From IMG/VR virus record IMGVR_UViG_3300036803_000072, positions 13,314-77,313 of that record: a DNA stretch of 64,000 bases, one strand, 5' to 3'. Source of the stretch: a virus (lineage: Duplodnaviria > Caudoviricetes). Position numbers and translations under genes: made by a program. The notes beneath the pieces were generated by a model. That model saw only the letters and a program-made list of their open reading frames with translations, was not told where the DNA came from and did not search any database. This document shows, piece after piece, positions 44,121 to 53,379 of the stretch (within the stretch, counting starts at the first letter, position 1; every line of letters starts with the position of its first letter).

Positions 44121-44800
44121 GCGGCCATCTCCAAGGACTCGGCCCGACGCCGATGGATCGAGGTGGCGATACCGGCGAGCACGAGCGCGGTGGCGGCGAG
44201 GTTCATCGAGAAGTGCCACCAGACGCGGTAGCTGGCGGCAACCCAGTCGGGCATCAGGTAGGGGGCGAAACCGAACAGGGTGGACACGCCGACCGGATGG
44301 TGCCAGATCAGCATGGTCGCGGTGAGGCACACGTGCTCGACCATGTGGAAGGCCTGAAGCTGGAAGGCCCAGCGGATCCAGCGGTTGTCGGTGCGCTGGT
44401 ACCAGGCGCACACCCCTAGGAAGAAGATCCAGTTGCCGACGAAGTGGGTGAGCTCCATGCCGACGGCCATGTCGCCGGAGTGCCCGGTGATGGCGGCGAA
44501 CCCGTGATCGGAGAACTGAAACAGCCACGACATCCACGGTGCGGCGTGCGGGTTGGCCCACCAGGCTTTGACCTGCTCCCAGTGTTCGTAGAGGTGGTAC
44601 AGCTGGAAGATGGTCGCGGCCCAGGCCAGCCAGCGCAGTAGGTCCACGGAGTGCTCGGTGATGTGCGGGTGGAAGCTGCCCCAGCGGTCCAGGAAGTAGG
44701 CGTAGCCGAACCACACGGTGATCGCGATCAAAACGAAGATCATCATGAAGGCGCCGATGCCGGAAACGAAGTCATACAGCGCCGAGGTGACCATGTTCAT
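44117..44800 (-). CDS. Polytopic membrane protein with conserved His motifs
   Basis: 5-6 TM segments; YHLYEH, THF and FHMVEH motifs suggest metal or haem binding. Confidence 0.6.
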   Translation of the reverse strand: MNMVTSALYDFVSGIGAFMMIFVLIAITVWFGYAYFLDRWGSFHPHITEHSVDLLRWLAWAATIFQLYHLYEHWEQVKAWWANPHAAPWMSWLFQFSDHGFAAITGHSGDMAVGMELTHFVGNWIFFLGVCAWYQRTDNRWIRWAFQLQAFHMVEHVCLTATMLIWHHPVGVSTLFGFAPYLMPDWVAASYRVWWHFSMNLAATALVLAGIATSIHRRRAESLEMAA

Positions 44801-45156
44801 GACCGCACGTCCCTACGGGCGTGCGCGCGCTGAAGATGCCGGTGCGCGCGCTTCAAGCGCCCAGTGGCACCGAGACCGCAGACGGCCAGTCCGGCGCTGA
44901 ACCACGTGATCACGTCGAGCACCGAGGCCCAGCGGCCGAACCATTGCTGCTGGATCTGTTCGACGTACATGGCGATGCCGAACAGGTGGTAGATCAGGAT
45001 CGCGATGATGGCGGCCGGAGTGAGTACATAGAGGGCGGCGATGTAGTTCTCTGGGTTGGCCCGGGGATTCCATGCCGAGGGTTCCGGGTACTGCTCGACC
45101 GGGTCGGGTGCCAGGGTCAGCGGGGATGGATGGTCGACGGGGTCTGGTGTGGGCAT
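44797..45156 (-). CDS. Membrane protein
   Basis: Two TM segments; first gene after a promoter motif. Confidence 0.55.
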   Translation of the reverse strand: MPTPDPVDHPSPLTLAPDPVEQYPEPSAWNPRANPENYIAALYVLTPAAIIAILIYHLFGIAMYVEQIQQQWFGRWASVLDVITWFSAGLAVCGLGATGRLKRAHRHLQRAHARRDVRS

Positions 45157-45181
45157 GGATGTCTCGTCTCATCGAAGGGTG

Positions 45182-45205
45182 ACCGGAACAGGTCTTAGAC
45201 TATCA
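45182..45205 (-). promoter_or_regulatory. Element-specific promoter motif
   Basis: TGATAGTCT-N6-TGTTCCGGT. Confidence 0.7.
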
Positions 45206-46198
45206 CGTGCCGCGTAGTCTGCGGAGCTGCCTTTTGCCGAGCTCCGTCAACCGCACACGGCGCCTGCGCCAGCGACCCCCGCGATCAATCTTGACCCAGC
45301 CACGCGCGATCGCCGTGTTCAGCGCCGCGCTGTAGTCGAGGTCGCGCTCCAGGGGTTGAGTCTCGACGTTAGCAAGAACCTGGTGCAGGGTGGCCGGTCC
45401 GAAGTCCGGGACCGCCTCGTCGAGCCATGCCAGCTGGTCGCCGCTGTCAGGTGACGGCACATTCTCGATGCCCCGCCACGTCGGCTGTGACCACGCGTGC
45501 GTGCTCCACACGGCGGCCTGCTCAGCTGCCGCTCTCGTCTCGACTGCCGCTCTCATCTCATCCGAATACAAACGGACCACGAACTGCTCATTGGCCGGCA
45601 AAGTAAAGACATCTTCGGACTCGTCAACGGGTACTTCGCCGGACCGGGGTGGGCGGAAGCGGGCCTGGAAGTTCCGGATGCTCTCATCGAGCTGGGCCAG
45701 CCAGTCCTGGACCTGGTCGGATCCACCCGGTTCCGACGTGACCCGCCACCCCAACGAGGACTCGGCAGGCACGCCGTAGGCGTCGGTGATTCGCTGACTG
45801 ATCAGTTCGCGCTGCGCTTCGATGTCGCGACGGAATATCCGAGCCGGATATTGGAGGGGGAAAGTCGGACAATAATCGTCACGGGGCACTGTGCGGCACC
45901 CGTACTCGTCGGGGAAGCCGGCGGCCTGCGCCTGGGCGAACGTCCGATATTTCGGGGTCGGGAGATGGTCGAGGCTCTCGTCGAGGTAGTCCTGGGCGGC
46001 GAACTCCGATGAGCAGTCGATCAGCGGGGCGCCGATACCGAGCACAGCGGACCAAGCGGCGGGCGCGGCGTCGGGGCGCCGGCAGATCCAGCCGTCCGGT
46101 ACGCGGCGCCACAGGTCGAGGTCGCGGTCGCGTACGGCGGTGATCTCGGGGCCGGGTTCGGGGTCACCGGTGGTGAAGGTGCGGCACTGGTCGGTCAT
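45203..46198 (-). CDS. Hypothetical multidomain protein with a C-terminal wHTH-like segment
   Basis: ATGA overlap; C-terminal AIARGWVKI...VRLTELGKRQL. Confidence 0.55.
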   Translation of the reverse strand: MTDQCRTFTTGDPEPGPEITAVRDRDLDLWRRVPDGWICRRPDAAPAAWSAVLGIGAPLIDCSSEFAAQDYLDESLDHLPTPKYRTFAQAQAAGFPDEYGCRTVPRDDYCPTFPLQYPARIFRRDIEAQRELISQRITDAYGVPAESSLGWRVTSEPGGSDQVQDWLAQLDESIRNFQARFRPPRSGEVPVDESEDVFTLPANEQFVVRLYSDEMRAAVETRAAAEQAAVWSTHAWSQPTWRGIENVPSPDSGDQLAWLDEAVPDFGPATLHQVLANVETQPLERDLDYSAALNTAIARGWVKIDRGGRWRRRRVRLTELGKRQLRRLRGT

Positions 46199-46443
46199 GA
46201 CTTCTCTCCGTGCATCCGTGAGTACGCATAGGCGTGCCAACGATCTTTATTGGAGCCGTCGATCGGTGGCCCGTCATCGGGTGGTCCGGTAGTCGTCTCG
46301 ACCCCGGTGCACTCGAAGCACGTCTCGCCCTCGTCGACTTTCGCCAGTGCGAGCTCGGCGAGCTGTTCGTAGGTCGCATCATGCGGTGCTTCGATCACGA
46401 CCGTCACCTCCAGCTCTTGCCGCAGGGTCACTTTGTGTCGCAT
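46195..46443 (-). CDS. Hypothetical protein
   Basis: ATG 46443 with GGAGG. Confidence 0.5.
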   Translation of the reverse strand: MRHKVTLRQELEVTVVIEAPHDATYEQLAELALAKVDEGETCFECTGVETTTGPPDDGPPIDGSNKDRWHAYAYSRMHGEKS

Positions 46444-46814
46444 GACGGCCTCCGATGCTTCGCTTCGGCCTTGCACAGGCGGTCCAGGCGCCGCGCCGCT
46501 GCACCCAGCTCGGTCAACGCTTCCGGGGTGAGGCCACCCAGGTACTGCTGGGCGCGGGTCTTGTCGGTGGTCGCGTCGAACGCGTCAACGAACGCGTCGA
46601 GGATCTCCTCAGGTAGCCGCAGTTCGGTGTCGTCGTCATCCGAGTCAACGATCAGGTCCAGGATCGCAGTGTCGGGCACGATGGTGTCGCATGCCCAGTC
46701 CAGGACTGTGTAGACCGATACGGCGCTGGTGCCGTGCCGACTTTCGGTCAGAGTGAGGGCGTGCAGCTTGTCGCGCATGGCCTGGATCTCAGTAGGCGCT
46801 CGCATCCCGGTCAT
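46428..46814 (-). CDS. Hypothetical protein
   Basis: ATG overlaps the upstream stop. Confidence 0.5.
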   Translation of the reverse strand: MTGMRAPTEIQAMRDKLHALTLTESRHGTSAVSVYTVLDWACDTIVPDTAILDLIVDSDDDDTELRLPEEILDAFVDAFDATTDKTRAQQYLGGLTPEALTELGAAARRLDRLCKAEAKHRRPSCDTK

Positions 46815-47155
46815 CAGTGCATCTCGACTTCCCAGGGGGCGCGGTGGGCGTCCACTTTTTCTAAATCCACCTGAGCCTGCTCGATGGCTTTGCCCAGCGC
46901 GGTGTGCAGTTCGCGGGCAGTGTGCAGGTCGAAACGCAGACTGCGGGTGGTTAGCCAGTCGCCAGCCTTGCTGTATCCCTTGATCCACACACGGGCGTAG
47001 GTGCCGCGCACCGAAGTACCGCCGACACCGCCTTCCACAGTGTGCGGACGCAGGTTGTGGTCGAAAAACACGTCTTGATCACCTTTGCCGAACAACCACC
47101 GCACTCGGCGGGGCAGCGCGGCGACAGTCTTAGGATCGAGGTCCATGAGTCGCAT
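46814..47155 (-). CDS. Hypothetical protein
   Basis: 113-aa ORF. Confidence 0.5.
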   Translation of the reverse strand: MRLMDLDPKTVAALPRRVRWLFGKGDQDVFFDHNLRPHTVEGGVGGTSVRGTYARVWIKGYSKAGDWLTTRSLRFDLHTARELHTALGKAIEQAQVDLEKVDAHRAPWEVEMH

Positions 47156-47172
47156 TAGTTAGTCCATTCCCT

Positions 47173-48165
47173 CTAGTGCGGTTCGCATTCCGTGCAGTCG
47201 TCGGGGTCGCAGATCCCAGCCTCGTGAGCGGAGGACGCAGGACGTGGCCCCTCCTCGGGGCGCAGCTCGCGCCACTCAACCCCGCTTTTCGCGAACCACA
47301 ACGGCGGCAAACTCAAGCTGCCGTTGTCATGGATCCGGCACCACTCCTGGTAGACGAACTGAAGATGGATCTCCTCATCCTCCGAAAGGGGGTGCCGGAC
47401 AACGATCTCCCGATCACTGGGCGCCGATTCCATCGGCCGCCAGGTCAACGGCGACTCACCCCATGGCGTTGTCCAGCGCACGAGGGCACGAACCAGCGGC
47501 TGGTCTTCCAGCCATTCGACGTCCGGCGTGTCCCACTGCCGCTCGCATTCAGCCTCGAACGCGTCGCGGGCCATGTCTCCGCTCGGGCCAGAGGTAGACG
47601 CGTACGACCAGTCCTCCCGCAGCTTCAACTGCTCCGCCCGACGGCGCAGGAAGTCGAGCAAAGCCAGGCGGTGCGAGTGGGTCATGTCGGCGAGTCGGAT
47701 CGGCTCGGTTGCGGGATTATCGGACTGGATCCGGGCGCGCCACCAGTGCGACTGCTTAAGCAGGTCCGATATGCCGACCCGCGCCGGTGGCGGGCCGAGC
47801 TCGTCAACCTGGTCGACCTGGTCGTCGTCATAGAAGCTGGCCTCGAACGCCCAACGCCGGGCGGCCACGATCTCGGCGCGTTCGGCGACCTCCTGCGCTT
47901 CCAGCGGTGTCCAGGTGGTGCGAATGTCGAAGTACGCACCCTCGACAGCGTCGCCGTCGACCTCCCGGTGCACGTTGGCGCCGTTGACCAGGCCCTGGGA
48001 GTCGCGCAGATAGTCAGTGTTGCGTTTGACGCTCCACCCTTCGGTGACTTTCGCAACAGCGTCGGCGATCATTGCCCGGCGGGAGTCGGTCTTGGCATTC
48101 AGGGCGTCGCCGAGCGCCGCACTGAGTTCGGTGCGGAATTGGTCAATCGGCTTGGAGCGTTTCAT
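47173..48165 (-). CDS. Hypothetical protein
   Basis: 330-aa ORF with an ATGA overlap. Confidence 0.6.
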   Translation of the reverse strand: MKRSKPIDQFRTELSAALGDALNAKTDSRRAMIADAVAKVTEGWSVKRNTDYLRDSQGLVNGANVHREVDGDAVEGAYFDIRTTWTPLEAQEVAERAEIVAARRWAFEASFYDDDQVDQVDELGPPPARVGISDLLKQSHWWRARIQSDNPATEPIRLADMTHSHRLALLDFLRRRAEQLKLREDWSYASTSGPSGDMARDAFEAECERQWDTPDVEWLEDQPLVRALVRWTTPWGESPLTWRPMESAPSDREIVVRHPLSEDEEIHLQFVYQEWCRIHDNGSLSLPPLWFAKSGVEWRELRPEEGPRPASSAHEAGICDPDDCTECEPH

Positions 48166-48686
48166 GATTCGTCCCTCGCTTTCAGCGCGGCGGCGATGAT
48201 CTCTTGGAAAACGCCCCGGTTCAACACCAGTGCGAAGCCCTCGTGATTGGCAGCGACACGCAGCGCGGCAGTGACCATGTCAGGGGTCACTGCCGGCTCG
48301 GTCGGCTCAACGTGAACACTGAGGAACACGCCCTGGTGGATTTGGCCGATGTGATTGACCACTCTCGGGTTGTCACCGTTCAGCGGCATCATGATCACCA
48401 CTAGATCGCCCCCGACCTCAGGCATGGCGTAAGTGGCGTGCAGGTGATCGAGCCCGGCACTGACCAGAGCCCTCACACGCGGGCCGGTGACCGGTCCAAG
48501 ACGACGGGAACTGGACGGGGCCATGTCGAGCCGGCCCAGCTGGCGCCACGCGTCGGTCGCGGATGTGGCGAACACGATCAGAGAGCCTTGCTTGACGTGC
48601 GGTGGCCGTCCTAAGGCGGCGAGCACGTCGCGGGGCAGGAACGCGTTGCCGGGGTCGCGGTAACCGTAGGCGGTGATCTTTTTCAT
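48162..48686 (-). CDS. Hypothetical protein
   Basis: ATG 48686 overlaps the upstream stop. Confidence 0.55.
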   Translation of the reverse strand: MKKITAYGYRDPGNAFLPRDVLAALGRPPHVKQGSLIVFATSATDAWRQLGRLDMAPSSSRRLGPVTGPRVRALVSAGLDHLHATYAMPEVGGDLVVIMMPLNGDNPRVVNHIGQIHQGVFLSVHVEPTEPAVTPDMVTAALRVAANHEGFALVLNRGVFQEIIAAALKARDES

Positions 48687-48916
48687 GACCCGTTCGACTT
48701 TCTGATCGCGGGGATGATGTCGCAGATGAAGGCGTAGCCGACGACGAATCCGCAGAAGGCCGCCGACCATGGCTTGCCGGTGGTGGCGGCGATGGCACCG
48801 AGAACGATGAAGATCAGAATGCCGATGCCGACGAACCAGGGGGACGCGGGCTTGCGCAGCCAGACGAGCAGTCCGCGTCCCGCGTCCTTGAGAGATTGAC
48901 GGCCGGACATGGTCAC
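48683..48916 (-). CDS. Small two-TM membrane protein
   Basis: Hydrophobic profile; coupled overlaps. Confidence 0.55.
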   Translation of the reverse strand: MTMSGRQSLKDAGRGLLVWLRKPASPWFVGIGILIFIVLGAIAATTGKPWSAAFCGFVVGYAFICDIIPAIRKSNGS

Positions 48917-49536
48917 CCTTCCTGAGCTTCGAGAGCGGCCCTGATGGCGTCGCGCAGGGTGGTGAGGATGTCTGGCCCGTCACCGGCTTGGCGCCATGAT
49001 TCGTACGCCTGCTGATAGACAGCGTGGGCGGCTTCGACCATGGCGTCGGTGACTTCGAGCTCGGGCTCGGACTTGCCGTCCAGGCGGTCGCACAGCTGGG
49101 CTAGCTGTTCGGCCTCGGCGTCGAGTCGCCAGGTGGGCAGTAGGCGCCACAGCCCGGACGTGTCGCCCTCGACGATGATGGCGGCGGAGCGGAACGCGGC
49201 GGCCTCGGTGCGCAGAATGTCGCGTTGCGCGTCGGGGGTATTGCTGGTGATGTACTCCTCGCGGCCGTCGGCGATGATGCGCAGTAGGCAAGCAAGATCG
49301 TCGCGCGTGCCCCCTCCTGAGTCGGGGATCGTTTCGATCCTGGTGACGTGCCCGTATTCGCGCTGCGCCTGTTCGCGGGCGGCGGCCTCGTCGTTGGCCA
49401 TGGCGAGGTAGGTGTGGTGCTCGCCGGTGACGTCGGTGCACTGCACTTCCGGGGCGAGCGGGCAGGCCCCGGTGACTTTGGCACGCGGATTGTGGGCGGG
49501 GTTGCGGGGCAGTTTGACGGTGACGAGGAAGAACAT
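48913..49536 (-). CDS. Hypothetical modular protein
   Basis: Shares a module with 42273-42530 and a VTxxMVxAA module with 48162-48686. Confidence 0.55.
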   Translation of the reverse strand: MFFLVTVKLPRNPAHNPRAKVTGACPLAPEVQCTDVTGEHHTYLAMANDEAAAREQAQREYGHVTRIETIPDSGGGTRDDLACLLRIIADGREEYITSNTPDAQRDILRTEAAAFRSAAIIVEGDTSGLWRLLPTWRLDAEAEQLAQLCDRLDGKSEPELEVTDAMVEAAHAVYQQAYESWRQAGDGPDILTTLRDAIRAALEAQEG

Positions 49537-49538
49537 GG

Positions 49539-49706
49539 TCACCAGTCCTCGCCGCACTCGATGATGCTGGCCAGGACGGCGGCGGAGCGGACGGCGCTAC
49601 GGCCGCGACGCTGGCCACGGTGCGAGCCGGCGGCGGAAGACCGACGGCGCTCCTGGACCTCGACGACGGGACGGGGGACGGGGCGGGTTGCGAGTGCGCT
49701 AGACAC
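49539..49706 (-). CDS. Small basic protein (55 aa)
   Basis: AGGAG RBS after a promoter motif; Arg-rich. Confidence 0.5.
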   Translation of the reverse strand: MSSALATRPVPRPVVEVQERRRSSAAGSHRGQRRGRSAVRSAAVLASIIECGEDW

Positions 49707-49733
49707 GGGGGACTCTCCTAAACTCGGTATCGG

Positions 49734-49757
49734 ACCGGAACAAGGCAGAGCCTACCA
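49734..49757 (-). promoter_or_regulatory. Element-specific promoter motif
   Basis: TGGTAGGCT-N6-TGTTCCGGT. Confidence 0.7.
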
Positions 49758-49848
49758 CGTACCCCGGGTGTGGCGTCAAGCATCGGGTTCGCCACGCCGA
49801 CGCGACAACGCCCGGCCCCTTGCGGGTACCGGGCGCTACGCTGCGCGG

Positions 49849-50004
49849 ATGATCGGACTCGTCATCGTGCTATTGGTGCTCTGGGCTGCGTTGGCCATCA
49901 TCGGCCTCACGGTCAAAGCCCTGTTCTGGCTGTTCATCGTGGGCGCGGTGCTGTTCGTGCTCACGATCCTCGGTGGCGCGGTCGGACACTCCCGCAAGGG
50001 CTAG
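49849..50004 (+). CDS. Small two-TM membrane protein
   Basis: MIGLVIVLLVLW...; TACGCT -10 box shortly upstream. Confidence 0.55.
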   Translation: MIGLVIVLLVLWAALAIIGLTVKALFWLFIVGAVLFVLTILGGAVGHSRKG

Positions 50005-50232
50005 AGGACACCCCGCTACGGCTTCTCAGCCTTCCTTACGATGCCGCTGAGGTGCTCAGGGATCAGGTTGTCCAGGGCGAGATGCGCCCGTACGTCGCTG
50101 GCGACGGCGTTGGCGTTGTGCCCGGTGCCGTACTCGGCGTCCCAGCCGGCGACGTCGACCTCGACGGTGCCTCCTACGCGGATCCGGATTCCATTGCCCT
50201 GTCCTTGTCTGTGGTCGGGATGAAAAGTACGG

Positions 50233-50457
50233 TCAGAATCTCTTGTATCGACGGTGCTGAGAGTTCTCATAGAGAATGAATGCCACCCAAATCGCCAGTG
50301 TCGCCCCGATAACACAGAGCTCCGCAATGGAGCCGCCCAGTCCCCACAACACGACCTCTCCCGCAAGCACTAGAGCGGCCAGAATTGTGAGGTCGCGCTG
50401 AGCTCTACGATGGATCTTGTCGAGGTTGCGGTGATAGCGGACGTCATAATCTTTCAT
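50233..50457 (-). CDS. Small membrane protein
   Basis: MKDYDVRY..., two TM segments. Confidence 0.5.
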   Translation of the reverse strand: MKDYDVRYHRNLDKIHRRAQRDLTILAALVLAGEVVLWGLGGSIAELCVIGATLAIWVAFILYENSQHRRYKRF

Positions 50458-50479
50458 GGCGACCCTTCGAGAAAGTGAG

Positions 50480-50692
50480 TTAGCGGATCGGGTCGGGGTC
50501 GCCGTCGAGGAGACCGTCGTCAACCGTCTCGGTCTCCGGCAGGATCACCAGGTAGTCGGTCAACTCGCGGCAGGTCCCCATCAGCGGGTCATCCCAGCGC
50601 ACGCGGCAGGCCTTCGGGCCGTACGTGCCGACGATCAGGCCGGTGACGCTGGCGTAGCCCTGGTAGTGGGTGCGGTGCCCGATGAGGCTCAT
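50480..50692 (-). CDS. Small SH3-like beta protein (hypothetical)
   Basis: GLIVGTYGPKACRVRWDD pattern; first gene after a promoter motif. Confidence 0.5.
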   Translation of the reverse strand: MSLIGHRTHYQGYASVTGLIVGTYGPKACRVRWDDPLMGTCRELTDYLVILPETETVDDGLLDGDPDPIR

Positions 50693-50714
50693 AGCGATCT
50701 CCGTAGCTCGTAGT

Positions 50715-50735
50715 ACCGGAACACCACAGACGTTA
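50715..50735 (-). promoter_or_regulatory. Element-specific promoter motif
   Basis: TAACGT-N6-TGTTCCGGT. Confidence 0.65.
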
Positions 50736-50782
50736 CCGGGCATTGGCGGGCCGCGCAACCGCAACCCGCCAGCCCGTGAACG

Positions 50783-51454
50783 TCACTCACTGGCGGTGAG
50801 CAGCCTCAGGTTCTGGCTACCCAGCTCGTAAGCCACACCGAGCATCACCACGGCGACCAGCACAGCGGCCAGACCCTCCCAGGCCGTCGAGCCCGTCACC
50901 AACCGCAGCACGACACCCGCAGCAGCGAGCACGCAGCCCAGAATGTCCGCACCGTCCTCGGCCACCACGGTCTTCGCCGTGGTGTTGGTGGTCGTGCGCC
51001 AGTAGGTCAGCCACGGCACACCGTTGCGGGACGCCGCCAGCTCACCCAGTGCCTTGCGGCACGAGGTGGACTCCAGTGCGGCGGAGACGGCGAGCACGAC
51101 CAGCGCGGTCCATGCGGCGCCCTTGACGGCCTCCGGGCTCAGGATCGAGCTCACGCCCTCCCAGGCGGCGTACATGCCGCCAGCGGCGAACATGTAGATG
51201 CTGGCGCACAGCGCCCAGAAGTAGCGGGCCCGGTCACGGCGCCGGCCGTGCCACACACCGATACCGAGCAAGACCTCGGTGGCGATGTCGGCGTAGGAGT
51301 GCAGGGCCTCGGCCATCATGGCGGCCGAGCCGGTGGCCACGGCGACGCCGGTCTTAGCGACCGCGATAGTGGCATTGACGGTGAATGCCCATGCCACGGT
51401 GCCCGCGCTGTCGGTGTCCTCGGTGAGGGCGTCGGTGGCGAGCGCGGTTGTCAC
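50783..51454 (-). CDS. Cation diffusion facilitator (CDF) transporter, TM domain only
   Basis: VNATIAVAK..VA..TGSAAMMAEALHSYAD (TM2 HxxxD), EDGAD (TM5); no cytoplasmic C-terminal domain. Confidence 0.8.
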   Translation of the reverse strand: MTTALATDALTEDTDSAGTVAWAFTVNATIAVAKTGVAVATGSAAMMAEALHSYADIATEVLLGIGVWHGRRRDRARYFWALCASIYMFAAGGMYAAWEGVSSILSPEAVKGAAWTALVVLAVSAALESTSCRKALGELAASRNGVPWLTYWRTTTNTTAKTVVAEDGADILGCVLAAAGVVLRLVTGSTAWEGLAAVLVAVVMLGVAYELGSQNLRLLTASE

Positions 51455-51478
51455 TGGGGTCTCCCTGGGCGGTGTGTG

Positions 51479-51523
51479 GTCGGAACACTCCGTATATCGA
51501 CCGGAACACCACCGACGTTACCA
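51479..51523 (-). promoter_or_regulatory. Promoter motif with a tandem second TGTTCCGAC copy
   Basis: TGGTAACGT-N6-TGTTCCGGT (51500-23) and TGTTCCGAC (51479-87). Confidence 0.7.
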
Positions 51524-51526
51524 GGG

Positions 51527-52489
51527 TTAGCGGGCTAGTCGGTTCACCTTCGGCCCATCCTTGATCGGCAACCGCTCATCACCCGGCCACCAGTAACCCC
51601 GCGTCGTACGCCACTCCTGATGGCGATCCGCGCCCGAACCGATCCAGTAGCGCCGCCGCACCCCCGGAATCCACTGCCGGTACGACGGCGACGTGCCCGA
51701 ACCAGGGAACCGCACCGGCTGCGACTGCCGGCGCAGCGTGATCACCGTGACCTCGGTGGACAGCTTGCGTCGAGCCATCCGCCGGCCCATCGCCCGGTCC
51801 GCGTGCTCCACAGTGTGCGTCGACAGGGTCTCGTTCAACATCTCCCACAAGGCGAGCACATCGCGGCGCACGTTGTGCGTCATGAACGCCGAATCACCAT
51901 CCTCGGCAACCCGACGCAGATCCTCCTCGGTCGGTTCGAGAGTGACCGGACCGATCCGCATGCCGCGCGGCAGCCAGTAGGTGGAGATACCGTGCCAGCG
52001 CCCCAGCGCGCGAGTGGACATCAGTCGTTTGTCGATCATTTCGGCGATCTGGTCGGGCTCCCGGAACAGGTCGTTGAACGTTTGCACCAGCCAGCCCGGC
52101 CGCTGATCCTGGTCAAGACCTGGTCCCCACGCGATGACGTGCACGATCTGCTGGCGGCCCCGCAGCTCGCTGTAGCGCAGCGGGTTCTCGAATACGACGA
52201 ACCCGCACGGGCGCGGTGGTGCACAGTCGTCTTCGACCTGGGTGATACCGGGCATGGTCGCAGCCCGCGATTCGATGACGGGGGTCATGTTCCCGGTAAC
52301 CCAGTAGGGTCGAGCGTTGCCCAGGTTGCGGGCGAGGATGGGCGCGACCGCAGACTTGCCGACGACGAGACCGTCCATTTGGGCGACAGCGTCGAGGTAG
52401 CGAGCCACCGGGGTGGACGTGCCGTCGCCCAGCATCTCGACGAGATCGAGGTATTGGGCGAGGACGTCGCGAGGTCGAAGCTGGATCAC
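51527..52489 (-). CDS. Hypothetical phage protein
   Basis: AAAGGAGG RBS before GTG 52489; C-terminal RQWIPGVRRRYWIGSG...GYWWPGD motif. Confidence 0.65.
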   Translation of the reverse strand: MIQLRPRDVLAQYLDLVEMLGDGTSTPVARYLDAVAQMDGLVVGKSAVAPILARNLGNARPYWVTGNMTPVIESRAATMPGITQVEDDCAPPRPCGFVVFENPLRYSELRGRQQIVHVIAWGPGLDQDQRPGWLVQTFNDLFREPDQIAEMIDKRLMSTRALGRWHGISTYWLPRGMRIGPVTLEPTEEDLRRVAEDGDSAFMTHNVRRDVLALWEMLNETLSTHTVEHADRAMGRRMARRKLSTEVTVITLRRQSQPVRFPGSGTSPSYRQWIPGVRRRYWIGSGADRHQEWRTTRGYWWPGDERLPIKDGPKVNRLAR

Positions 52490-52554
52490 ACTGCACCTCC
52501 TTTCTTCCCGCGTGGTGTGCGCAGGTGTGCACACCTGTCGTCAACACTGCAAAG

Positions 52555-52770
52555 ATGCTGCGCCTACCCCAGACACCCATCCCCGTGGAATGGTGGCGCC
52601 GCTTCCACGCCACCATGACCGGCGTCTGGGGTCTGCTGATCATCCCCACCGTGCTGTGGTGGCACGACTCCGTGCTCTGGATCGGGCTTATCAGCTGCTA
52701 CGCCAATTCGGTCGGGCACTTCAGCGCCTACCAGGGTTCCCGCGCCGAAGCCAGCAACGGCAGCGACTAA
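52555..52770 (+). CDS. Small membrane protein
   Basis: WRRFHATMT.VW.LLIIPTVLWW.DSVLWI...YAN..GHFSAYQ.SRAE, W-rich TM pattern. Confidence 0.6.
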   Translation: MLRLPQTPIPVEWWRRFHATMTGVWGLLIIPTVLWWHDSVLWIGLISCYANSVGHFSAYQGSRAEASNGSD

Positions 52771-52940
52771 AGCCGGTCCAGTCGCCACGCGTCGCGCACC
52801 ATCCAGCCCACCAGTACTGCCGCCGGAATCATCAGCACCCAGTTGCCGAACACCGCGAAGAAAGCCGCCACCGCGACGAACGCGAACACCAGCAAGGCGA
52901 AACACGCCCACACGATGACGGCCATCCTGCGCATGATCAC
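52767..52940 (-). CDS. Small two-TM membrane protein
   Basis: Manual translation; GTGA overlap. Confidence 0.5.
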   Translation of the reverse strand: MIMRRMAVIVWACFALLVFAFVAVAAFFAVFGNWVLMIPAAVLVGWMVRDAWRLDRL

Positions 52941-53257
52941 GAGCCGGGCCGGGTGATCCCCATCGGCACGCCCAGGATGGTCCGCTCATACCGCGACGGG
53001 GCCAGTCCGAGCGCCAGGGAGATACCCGACCGGCCGGCGGCGCGGCGCAGTTTCACCACCTCGTACACCGCGCCTTTAGTCAGCCCGGTGCGCTCCCGGA
53101 TGTCGGACTGCTCACACCCGCAGTCCAGGAGTAGCCATACGGCCAGTCGGCTCTCGGCCACGGTCGCCGGGCGCGGGCCGGGGCCCTTGCGGTTCATCAG
53201 TCGCCATGCCACCGCCCAGTCGGCGGTCTCCTCGGTGATCACTGGTGCGGCGGTCAT
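52937..53257 (-). CDS. Putative HTH protein
   Basis: EQSDIRERTGLTKGAVYEVV; GGAGG RBS. Confidence 0.55.
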   Translation of the reverse strand: MTAAPVITEETADWAVAWRLMNRKGPGPRPATVAESRLAVWLLLDCGCEQSDIRERTGLTKGAVYEVVKLRRAAGRSGISLALGLAPSRYERTILGVPMGITRPGS

Positions 53258-53298
53258 CGCCAGCACCTCCCTTCACAGTTGGTTGACCGGAACAGGTC

Positions 53299-53375
53299 TT
53301 GCGCTCCCGCACCCGGAGTCGAACCGGGTCCTGCTAGGCCTTAGCTTCGCTGTGCGCCGTCACACCGCTTGGGAC
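53299..53375 (-). ncRNA. tRNA-like element (canonical T-arm, non-canonical remainder)
   Basis: CCCGG-TTCGACT-CCGGG T-arm; GTGTG-ACGG-CGCAC hairpin; imperfect acceptor pairing; intergenic. Confidence 0.35.
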
Positions 53376-53379
53376 TGGA

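Noticed and set aside
36205-52075. Extra CCGGAACA hits inside genes (about 36212 and 52070)
   Set aside because: Intragenic, lacking the -10 box at 6 nt and a downstream RBS; likely chance matches
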